Below, piece by piece: positions 52,377-64,000 of a stretch of 64,000 nt of DNA; the first letter of the stretch is position 1; each line of letters begins with the position of its first letter. Position numbers and translations under genes: made by a program. Location: the NCBI RefSeq assembly GCF_009914755.1, contig NC_060933.1; one strand, written 5' to 3'. Below the pieces are notes generated by a model. It saw only the letters and a program-made list of their open reading frames with translations, did no database searches and was not told the DNA's origin. This DNA comes from the human T2T-CHM13v2.0 reference genome, Homo sapiens.

Positions 52377-54049
52377 GTCTTTCAGTCTTAATTTTTTCAA
52401 TTAATCCCCATATCATAAGATTCTATGATAATTCAGTGAAATAATATATGTTGAAATACTTAACGTGTCATTGACCTAGAGCTCAATAAATATATTGCTG
52501 GTTTTGTTTTTACTATCTGAAAGGCAATTAGAGAGAGAACAGATAAAACTTTGTGATTGCATGGACATTTGTAGTTAGTAGATAAAGGTGTATTCCCAGG
52601 TTTTTGATCACTCTTGAGTAACTGAAGCAAAGGTTCTCCATTCCACAGAAAAGAAAATGTAGGAAAAATATGTTTGCAGAAAAAGGGAAGGAAAACAGAT
52701 TTTGTTTGAAAGTGTTACTCTTGGGGTTCCTCTAGCACATCTTGAAGAAATGCCCAGTAGGTCATTTGACCCATGAATATGAAGCTCAGAAAAAGATTTA
52801 GGCTACAGATTCTAATGTCAGTGTCCTCAAGATACGATTGACAGTAGGATAATGCACAGGATGAATAAGTGGTCTGAGAAGAAAGCTGTAGTGAACAGCA
52901 TATTTAAAGTGCAAAAAGGAGGAGGTTTTAGGAAACGAGAGAGAACAGAGAGCGGGTATCAGACAATCTATTGGAAAGTTACAATTAAGTTCAAAAATAA
53001 AGATGTGGGTCAAATGCAGTAACACAGAAAACTAAGAAAATGGTGTTGATTTTTATATAATAATTGCTTGTCTGACAATACAGTGGAATTGGGAAAAGCT
53101 TGGAAGTCTGGGAAAAAAATTCAGATTCACACCTTATATTGTAAAGCTAAGTTTATGTGTAAGTATATAGATAAAATAAATAAAAAGCCCAAACAAAGAC
53201 TATCTAGATTCTTACCCACTCAGTTTTGATTAGAGTTGAGTAGAATTAAATCCTGGAGAGCTAATAGTTTTCTATGTATTACTTGGAAAAATATAATCAG
53301 GTTCAACTATATAAACATTTTAAAAATTTGTAAGACTAAAATTAAAATAACATCATAAATTTATTGATTTAATGAAAATCAATAAATTTAGGGATTTTGC
53401 ATAAAATGGAAGACAAAGCATTTACATCAACATTATCATACAAAATATAAGTTCAATAAACACATTGACAGATGACATAAAAAGATAATTCATAGACTAG
53501 AGGGAAACAATGTAAACAAACATATGGGAGATTTCTACTTCATTAGCTATGAAACATATGGAATAGTGTTCAACTTGTTAATTTATTCGGGTACAAAAAT
53601 TAAAACCAAAAAGTATGGAGGTAAAATTTTATACTCATAAAAGTAACAAAATAAAAAATAAGTTGACATTACTATATATCCTTTCAGTTATTTCACTTCT
53701 TATATTTCTTGTGTCATATAAATCATTACATTTATTTACTATTTGAGCAAATATCCTTTAAATGTCTACTGTGTTTTAGTTACTACTCTAGTTACTAGGG
53801 ATAAATGATGAATAAGAGTGGTAACGTCTTCCTTAATATCATTCACTGACATATCTCCTCCTTTTTCTCTCATTAGTATTGTCTTAAGAGTTTAGTCATT
53901 AATTATTTCTTGCTTAGGGTAGTAATATTGTGAATCTATTGGCTTACCCTTTCTGAAGCAAATTCTTTACCTTGCTACTGAGTGACTTTTAAAAAATAAG
54001 CTTTTCTGAACTTTATCATACATATCAAATAATATACTAAATATGATGC

Positions 54050-56960
54050 CTAGATTTGTGATTTTAATTACATTTAATTATGAATAATGAGGTAGAGCAT
54101 CTTTTTATGTAGTTATGAGCCATTTGTGCTTTCTTTTTTATTAAATGCCTGTTCATGTTTTCATCGCATTCCCTTCTGCCCCCAATTTAGTTGTCTTTTA
54201 CATAACAATTTGGAGAGCTTTATATTCTATGCCTACTAATCCTTTAATACTTTTGTTTGTTATGTGTACCCACACATATATACATTTTTTTATCTCTGAT
54301 CAGCAGAAGTTCTTAATTTGAATTTTAAAACGGTCAAATTTATCTATCTTTTATTTTTAAAGTTTGCATTTTTTTTGACTTTTTTATGAAATATTGTCCT
54401 ATCACACATTCATAAAAATTGTCCTATATTGTCTTCTAAATACTTTATGAGTTTGCTTTTCACATTTATTTTTAATCCTCTAGAAATTGATTTTTATATA
54501 TGATTGCAATAAGGATCCAATTTCATTTCTTTCATATAAATAAGCAACTGTTGCAGCACCATTTATTAAATAGTCTATCCTTTTTCTACTGCTTTGCAAT
54601 ACTATCTCTGTGTGGGTCTGTTTTGGGGCTCTTTCTCCTATTCTGTTGGTCTATTTCTCTAGCCGTACTGAAGCATACACTGTCTTAATACCTATAGCTT
54701 TATGATAAAGTATTGTTAGTCTGTAGCCTTGCCTTCTTCTATAGGAATGTCTTATATAATTTTGGCTTCTGGCTCTCTCATGTGAATTTTAGAGTCAGCT
54801 GCCAAGTTCCATGAAAGAGAAAAAAAATCCTGTTGGGATTCTAATTGGAATTGCATTGAATCTATAGATCAACCTGAGGGAATTGACATCTTTGTGATTT
54901 TGAGTTTTTTTAATCCAATAACATGGTTTATTACTCCATTTGTTTGGGTTTTTTTAATAGCTTTCAAAAAAGTTTTACAGTTCTATTTATAACTATTTTG
55001 TCAGCTTTATTCCTAGATTTATTCCTATTTATATTTTTGTTGCTAGAATAATGGTTGTATTTCAAAGCCACATTTTAAAAACTGTTGTTGGTATTAAAAA
55101 ATGCAATTAATTGTTGTGTATTGATTTTACATTGAGCAACATTATTAAAATATTTTAGTATTTCCAAAAATTTGTCTGTAGATTCATTCCAGGTTTTCTA
55201 CAGAGCTATTAATAATTATAGCATTTGGAAGTATTGGCAATTTGATTGTTTTTTATTTTTATAACTTTCATTTACTTTATCTTAAACTCTGCACTGCAGG
55301 ACTTCTAATATAAAACTGCATAGAATTACTGATTTTGTTGCTGATCTTACAGTACAGCAAATGTTTCTAACATTTCACCATTATGTATGGTAGATTTTTG
55401 ATAACTACCCTTGATCAGGTTAAAGATGATTACTTCTAGTCTTGTTTTATTTCTCTCTGTCTCTCTCTCTCCATGTATCTCTCTCTCTCTGTCTGTCTCT
55501 CTGTGTTTGTGTGTGTGTGTGCATGTATGTGTTTTAATATCTTGAAAAGATAATAAAGTTTTCAAAAGTAATTTTCTCATCTATTGAGATGATCATAACT
55601 TTCTGCTTTAATTCATTCCTGGTGTGTTACATTATTTGATTTCTAATATGAGACTAGCTTGTAGAACTGAGAGAAACCAATCTGGTCATGATTAGTTATC
55701 TTTTTATCTTTTTTAAGTGTTATTAATTTGTTTCACTAAAGTTTAAACTTTTGTATGTGTATGTTCATAATGAAATTGCGATTTTGTCTTCTGGTTCCAT
55801 CATTGTTAGGTTTTGGTATCGAGGTTATACTAGCCTCATAAAGTGAGTTGGGGAATTCCCCCTTTCTTCTTAGTCTCTGGCTTCATTCCTATTCTCTGGA
55901 ATAGTTTATGTAAGACTGGAAAACCTGTCTTTGCATGTTTGCTAGAAGTCACCTGAATTTCTATCTAAAATTCTTGTTTTCTTCATAGAAAGATTTTTAG
56001 CTGATTCCATTTCTTTAATGGTTATAGGACTATTAGGATGGTCTGTTTCTTCTTAAACCAGTTTTGGCCAGTTAATGTTTGAAAATAATTTGTCTATTTC
56101 ATCTATGTTTTAAAAAAGAATTGTTCCTAATACCTTCTTATTATATGTTTATTTCTTATGGCATCTGTGGTATGTCTCCTTTTTCATTCTTAAAAATTTT
56201 GTTGTGTTTTTGGTTTTTTTTGCACATTTTCACTTTCTCTGGTTATCCTTGTTTCTTAGTTTTATTCATCTTTCCCCCCAAACAACATTTTGCCTTGGTG
56301 ATCTCATTATTCCATGTTTGGTTGCTAGCATGTGATTTTCTGTTCTAATTTTTATTTCTTTCGATCGGCTTTCTTTGGCTTTATTTTGATGCTCTTTTTC
56401 TAATGTGTTACTGTGTATGCTTAGATCATTAAGTCTGAAATTTTTTTTTCCTACTTAAAATGATTAAGGCTCTATATTTCTCCCAAAGAACTATTTTAGT
56501 TGTATCCAAGTTGTAATAGATCATATTTTAATTTTTTTCAGCTATGAATGTTTTAACGTTCCCAGTATGATTTCTCCTTTTACCTATGAGTCATTTAAAG
56601 GAATGCTTTTGAATTTTCATGACCATATAAAATTGCCTAGTCATATTTTTATAATTAATCTTCTAATTTGTTGCACTGTGTTCAGCAAATGTGATCTGTT
56701 TGATAAAATTATCCAAATTTTATTAAAGCTATATTTGTGGCCTAGTAGTTGGTCAATCTTTATAAATATTTCTGTCATGCTTAGAAATGTATAAAGGCTG
56801 CAATTCTTAGTTGTGATATTCTATATATGTCCATTAGATCAAGCTCCTTTATTACACTGTTCACATCATCTATATTCTTACTGACTTTTATCTTTTTTCT
56901 TTTCCAATTATTGAGAGAGATATATGAAATTCTCCCACTATGCTTGGATATATGGCTGAC
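54050..56960 (-). mobile_element. Highly degraded old L1M body (ORF2 remnants)
   Basis: Remnant peptides KNIDDVNSVIKELDLMDIYR (endonuclease region) and NLIKGSYQKS..NGEMLETF (RT region). tgttgggattctaattggaattgcattgaatctatagatc motif. Confidence 0.85.
55452..55532. repeat. Compound (TC)n/(TG)n microsatellite
   Basis: tctctctgtctctctctct...tgtgtgtgtgtgt. Confidence 0.85.
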
Positions 56961-57057
56961 TCTAAGAATGGAAAAGGAAAATGCAGCACTGGAGCATCTT
57001 ATAGTTCTAGAGAGTAAGGAACAAAAGGATAGGGGCATGTTATCAAGTCATAGAGAC

Positions 57058-57423
57058 TGTCTTAGTCAATAAAGCCTGTTGTAACAGAATACTATAGACT
57101 GGGTAGCTTAAACAACAAACATTTACTTCTCACAGTTTTGGAGGCTGAAAGTCCAGGATCAAGGTTCCAAAAGATTTGGTGTCTAGTAAGGGCCACTTCT
57201 TTGTTTACTGATGATTCTCTTCTCACTGTTTCCTCACAGGGAGGAAAGAAGGTGAGATAGGTCTCTGGGGTCCCTTTTAAAAGGGCATTAATCCTATTCA
57301 TGAGGACTCCACCTTCATGACCTGATTACCTCTCAAAGGCTCCACCACCTAATACCATCACATTGGGGGATAGGGCCTAGACATATAAACATTAGGGGAA
57401 TGCAAACAATGTAGTCCATTGCA
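57058..57423 (-). mobile_element. MLT1A/A0 MaLR solo LTR, within an L1MC/MD-like fragment (about 56960-57820)
   Basis: tgtcttagtc...gactgggtagcttaaacaac...ctcacagttttggaggctg...taataccatcacattgggg...gtccattgca. Confidence 0.85.
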
Positions 57424-57998
57424 GGGGCCATCCTGAAAGAGCTCCTGATGGCTCAAACCAGGACATTTTGAGTGATAAAATAAACAATGTAGTATTGGAT
57501 TATAACTCAGAGTATAAAATACATCTACATGAGTACAAGATGATACAAATAAATTATTGAAATAAATAAATGGTGGAGGCTTCCTTAGAGAAAAATTCTA
57601 GATAATTTATCTAAATACATTACCTCCAGGAGGTGAAACTTAACTTGTCTCCCTTCCCACCACCTTCCCCCAACAATGTGGGCTGTGTTTAGCAACTGGC
57701 TTCCAAAGAATAGACAACGAAAAGGAGTCAAAATAACTTTAAGTGGAAAAACAGAGAAAACACTACCTTGTCCACGTGATTAAGATTAATATCATCAGTG
57801 ATAAGTATCACAGATAGTCTGTACATGTTACTGTGCGCCATTCACAGTTATAAACATTGGGGATATGTGAGTGAACAAACTAGACAAAAATCCCTGCACT
57901 TATTATGTTTACATTGTGATAAAAGGAGATAGACAATTTTAGAAATAACTAAATTACGCAGACTGTTGGGAGGTGAAAGCTTTTAGGCTGATAAATAA

Positions 57999-58367
<369 letters not shown>

Positions 58368-58572
58368 AGGCAAAGGTAACTTTTAAGTAGACACGAGGAA
58401 GGAATGGAGGAACTATCCAAGCATCTGGGGGAAAGGTGTTCCAGGCAGAGGAAACACAAGATACAAAGGCTTTGGGACATAGGCATGCCTAGGTATTCAA
58501 AGACTATCAAGTAGATTGCAGCTGGAGTAGAATGAGGAAGTGAAAGAGGAGAAAATAAAAAGATAAAAGAAA

Positions 58573-59369
<797 letters not shown>

Positions 59370-59670
59370 AGAAGAAACAAGGAACTACATCATTTAGGAC
59401 TCTGCAGGCTATAGTAACACATTTGGCTTTTGCTCTGAAGGAGATGGGATGCCATAGGAGGGCTTTGAACAGAGAAGTGGCAAGATTTGAGTTAAGTTTT
59501 AAAAGATTTCCTCTGGCTGGTGCATTTAGAATAGACTGTATGGTGCAGAGGTAGAGAGAGGGGAGATTCATTGGGAAACTATTGCCCACTGTTATTACTA
59601 AAATAATTCAGATCCCAGAAGATGATGTGTTGGATTGAGAGCAGACACAAGAGAAGTGGAAATTTGTTAT

Positions 59671-60019
59671 TGATATGGTTTGGTTCTGTGTCCAGACCCA
59701 AATCTCACTTTGAATTGTAATAATCTCCATGCATGGGAGGGACCCGGTGGGATGTAATTGAGTCATGGGGGTGGGTTTTTGCCATGCTCTTCTCATGATA
59801 GTGAATAAGTCTCATGAGATCTGACGGTTTTATAAAGGGGAGTTCCCCTGCACATATTCTCTCTTGCCTCAGCCGTGTAAGACCAGCCTTTTCCCTTCCA
59901 CCATGGTTGGGAAGCCTTCCCAGCCATGCGGAACTGTGAGTCCATTAAACCTCTTTTTCCTTATAAATTACCCAGTCTCAGGTATGTCTTTATCAGCAGC
60001 AAAAAAACGGACTAATACA
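59671..60019 (+). mobile_element. THE1B-like solo LTR
   Basis: tgatatggtttgg...tataaaggggagttcccctgcaca...ggactaataca. Perfect 5-bp TSD GTTAT at 59666-59670 and 60020-60024. Confidence 0.92.
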
Positions 60020-60761
60020 GTTATATTATAGATGTTTTGAAATTAAAGTCAACAGAATGTTCTGATGGATTGGAGGTGGCATGGAAGAATAGAGGAGTAA
60101 AGAAGACTCAAGACTTTTGACCAGAGTCACTGAAAGACAGGGGTTGCCATTAACTGTGATGGGAAGGGCTGTGAGACAAGTTTGAGGGAAATATTGGATG
60201 ATTGATTTTTGACATAATTTCACATACCAATTAAATATGAAAGTGAATATGTCACTCATGTAACTGGCTGTATAAGTCTCCAGGCTGTAAAGAAGACTTG
60301 GATAGAGGCACAAGACTGGGTGTCATCAATATATAGGTGGTAACATCTATGAGATTGGAAGAGCTCACCAAAAAGTGACACTAGAAAAGAGAATGAGCAC
60401 AAAATATCGAATCTTAGGCACACCAACAAGTTTAGGTTTGAGAAAGAAAGTAAAAGGGAGAAGCTGCTGAGGGAGAATGAAAATTGGGTGAGTGAAGTAT
60501 ATACTGTTATCAAGTGAAGAAATTGTTTCAAGGAAAAGGGAATGATCAACTCCGTCAAATGCTTGGAGGAATATAAGGGAGGCCAAATAGTGAACATTGA
60601 AGTTAGCAATGGGGAGGTCACTAGTGACCTTAATAAAAGCACATTTAGTGGAGTGGTGGAAGTGAATGACAGATAAGAAAACTGTGAGAAAGTAGCAAGA
60701 GAAGAATTGAAGTGAGCAAGCATGATGAACTTGGTGTGAGGTTTTCCTACAGAGCATTTGA

Positions 60762-60905
60762 GGCAATTTTCCTCTTCAAGGGACATTTGTCAATGTTTGG
60801 AGACATTTTTGATGGTCACAACTGCAAAAAGGGGATGCTCTTGGCAACTAGGCAATAGAGAATGGGAATGCTGCTAAACATCTTACAATGCACAGAACAG
60901 CCTTC
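60762..60905 (+). mobile_element. MER20 (hAT-Charlie) fragment
   Basis: gggacatttgtcaatgtttggagacatttttgatggtcacaact...atgctgctaaacatcttacaatgcacag. Confidence 0.85.
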
Positions 60906-63293
60906 ACTGATATATACAGACCATTCTCCATTCCTCCTCACTAAAATTCAGCTTTGAAACTGTTGTCAACTATTTCTAACATCCACTGTCTTTTTATGCT
61001 GTAGTCACTTAATATCTCTTAGATCATTTCCTCTCATTTTTAGGACATTTACCTCTTGGTCACTGTCATTCTCTCCAGAAATTTCCATCTTAGTTCTTGT
61101 AGCTTTCAATATCTACATAGAAAATTTTTCCAACATTCTTGGCCTCTCACTTCTTCCCATTAGTGAACTTGACCCCCAGCTCATCAACCCCACAGTCTTC
61201 TCCTAGAAGTTCTTTATGAACACTAACTACAAGCCCCTCATAAACTGTTTTGAGTAGGCCACTTTCTGGCCACTGCCTTCTGTCTTTCCAAGCTCTTTCC
61301 TCTTCTGATTCCAATTGTGTGACTCTATGAAGACCTACAATTTACAGTTTTGGTCATATTTTAATTACCTCTCACCCATTTCCTGTTCTCACTTTTCTCT
61401 TTATCTAGCCAAATCATTATAATCACTCCATTGTAAACAGCTTTGTCCTCCTTATTCCTATCTTAATTCATTTTATTCACATTGTCAAAACCCAGCCCTT
61501 GTTAAATCCAGTTCTTTGCCTACTTTCTTCCTGTACTTCTGAAGCTACATGATGGTACTTAAAATTAATGACTACAAACCTCAGGAAGATTATTAATGCT
61601 GCCAGCACTCATAATATAGTTTCCAATTCTATTCAGTCTTAAACTCTTTTAACAATTCCATACTTTTTTAACCCCCTCACCAATTCTTCCACCAATCTAT
61701 ACCTTACTCTCCATTGGTGACCTTGCTTCCAACTTTATGGAGAGAGTGGTTCTCAGAATAGAACTTCTACAGGTTCCCTCTTCTGCATCTCTCCGCCCTA
61801 CCAACATGTATACCCATATACTTGGCTTTTCCTTCTGGTGCTAGAGTTGAATTTTTTGAACCCTTAAATCTAAGCACAATCTGGACACTAGATTCCATCT
61901 ATCTTTGATTTCTAGTTGTTTTATATTTTGTCTTTTAGGAAAGTTTTCATTTTGTATCTATTTGTGAATTTAAAAGTTTATCTTTCTTCAGATTTACTGG
62001 GCTTCTTGAATCTATGAATGATATCTTTGAATAATTCTGAAAAAACTCACTTTTATTATCTTTTGGACTCGTAAATAAAAGGGATAATATCTATTATCCA
62101 GACAGCCTGGGTCTTTGGCTAGATAATTATTAGAATTTATTCCTCCTTTCTTCATGTTATGTAATAGCAATCTGATATTTTTCAATTATTTTCTCTCTGT
62201 ACTATATTCTGAAGAATTTCTTAAAATCTGCCTTACTGTTCACTAATTCTCTTTGCCTGTATCTTATCCCTTCATTGAGTTTCAAATTTCAGTTTATTAA
62301 CATTTTTGTTTTTAAAATCCTATTTTGTTCATTTTAAAGAACTTCCTGGTCATTTTTTGAGACTCTTTTCACTGATTGATCCTGCTTTCAATTTCTTCTT
62401 TGTTTGCTTTAAACCTAATAACATTACTTATCTTTTATTATCTGATGATTTCTAGGAATATAGGAATGCTTTATGTATTATATGTATCTATGATATTTTA
62501 TTTCTCTTTTTCTTGCTTATTGTGACTTGTTTCCTTGTGCATTTTGTGAATCTTTTTTTATCATGAGAAATTACTATAATTGCAATTATTTGTTGAAGTT
62601 CTCTGTATGAGAATTCTGTGAACTCTGAATATGGGTTCTACTACCAAGATTTGTGTTTGCCTCTGCCAGTTACTAATTCAAACTTGCAAGTTACAATTAT
62701 TAGTTTGCGGTTTTGGGAACCATTAGATAGTCTATATTTAGTCCCCAAATCCACCTATGTCCAGGCTGGTGTCTGCAAGTTACTGGTGAGAATTTTTTGT
62801 TGTTTTCACACAGGTATAGGCTGGAAAGTCAATCTTTCTTGCTGACTGCCTCTTTCTCTCTTTTCTATTTCCCTTTTCCTGAAGGTGAAACACTTCTGAG
62901 CTTTGTGTGGCTTGGTTCAAGTTTCTATAGCCTGAAGCATTGTGCCCAGTCTCTCTCATATTTTAAAGTTCTGTATACCCAGGGATCTGTATTTTTCTTT
63001 AGGATATTCCAGTGGCTTTTGTGCTTGCTTTTTCCTTGATTAACGTTTCCACTGTGTTCCTAACTTCATCAGGTTTCCTTACTTTCTTGTAGGCTCATTT
63101 AATTATTTAAGATATTTCTTGCCCTCATTCTACCATTTAAAATTCTGCCTACACATTTTTAGGTGTCAGTGTCAGGATATTTTTAGCATCTCTATAGTAC
63201 TCCTGTGCCAGAAGTGGAAGTCCCATAAGTGCTTTCTAACAACTTTTAATAAACATTTCAAAAATTCAATAATGGTAAATAAATACTGCAGGA

Positions 63294-63645
63294 TAGGGGT
63301 CAGCAAGCTAGGGCCCATGGGCCAAAGAGTCTGCTACCACTTTTTGCATGGTCTGCGAGCAAAGAATGATTTTAACACTTTAAAAGGGTGGAAAAAAAAT
63401 CAAGGAATAATAATATTTCATGACGTATGAAAATTAGATGAAATTCAAAATTCAGTGTTCATAAATAAAGTTTTACTGGAACACATTCAAAGTTTTATTG
63501 GAATGCATTCCAGCCCATTTGTTTATGTGTTGTCTGTACCTGCTTTAATACTACAGTGGCAGAGTTGAGTTGTTTTGACAGAGACAATGCGTCATGAAAA
63601 CTTAAAATATTTATTATTTGGTCCTTTACAGAAAAGACCTTTGCT
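63294..63645 (+). mobile_element. MER58B (hAT-Charlie) with an internal 22-bp imperfect tandem duplication (63467-63510)
   Basis: aggggtcagcaagcta...gcgagcaaagaatg...ataaagttttactggaacac...gcagagttgagttg...cctttacagaaaa. Confidence 0.88.
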
Positions 63646-64000
63646 ATAAAATAATACCTTTCAGGTTTACCCAATTCAAAGAGCTTAGAAATAAAATTGC
63701 TAAGAAAAGGATAGTTCCTTTGTAATTCATGAGTGTGGGTGTTTATTTACTCCAAGTTATTTCTTGTTCAAACACTCAGATTCTCTTTGGCACTGATGAT
63801 CAATATTTTTATGCTACAAATCACATTATTTTTAATGCTGTGTTCTCCTCATTATGTGTTACTGAGATTACCTTGGCTGCATGGCAACCAACAGAATTCT
63901 GAAATTTCTAACTATGTTGCTTCTCCCATTTACGTTTGCCATTTTTAAAAACAGAAAACATCTAAGTTCCATATAATGCAGGAGTTTTCTATTTACTCTG

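Overview
Human genomic DNA: the protein matches human GluN3A and a human-specific AluYa5 is present. The window covers the 5' end of GRIN3A (NMDA receptor subunit GluN3A/NR3A; chr9q31 from recalled knowledge) on the minus strand. Coding exon 1 is 17981->17283 (233 codons, phase-0 GT donor) inside a CpG island. Bases 1-17282 are the proximal part of intron 1, and about 18.7-64 kb is upstream, repeat-rich, apparently gene-free sequence. Nearly all other ORFs in the track are repeat remnants or chance GC-rich ORFs. I cannot demonstrate a wholly new biological system. The best candidates for undescribed regulation are: (i) a dense translational-control module in the GRIN3A 5' leader, with four uAUGs all in one frame, a canonical G-quadruplex starting at a uAUG, and a long GUG-initiated open frame whose stop overlaps the main start (UAAUG); (ii) a sense-oriented solo LTR12C nested in a full-length THE1A provirus in intron 1 (candidate internal promoter or poly(A) site); (iii) a possible intronic-polyadenylation isoform of exon 1; and (iv) young structural events (a perfect 85-bp tandem duplication upstream of the promoter and an AluYa5). 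Repeat subfamily names come from recalled consensus sequences, and boundaries without TSDs are approximate.
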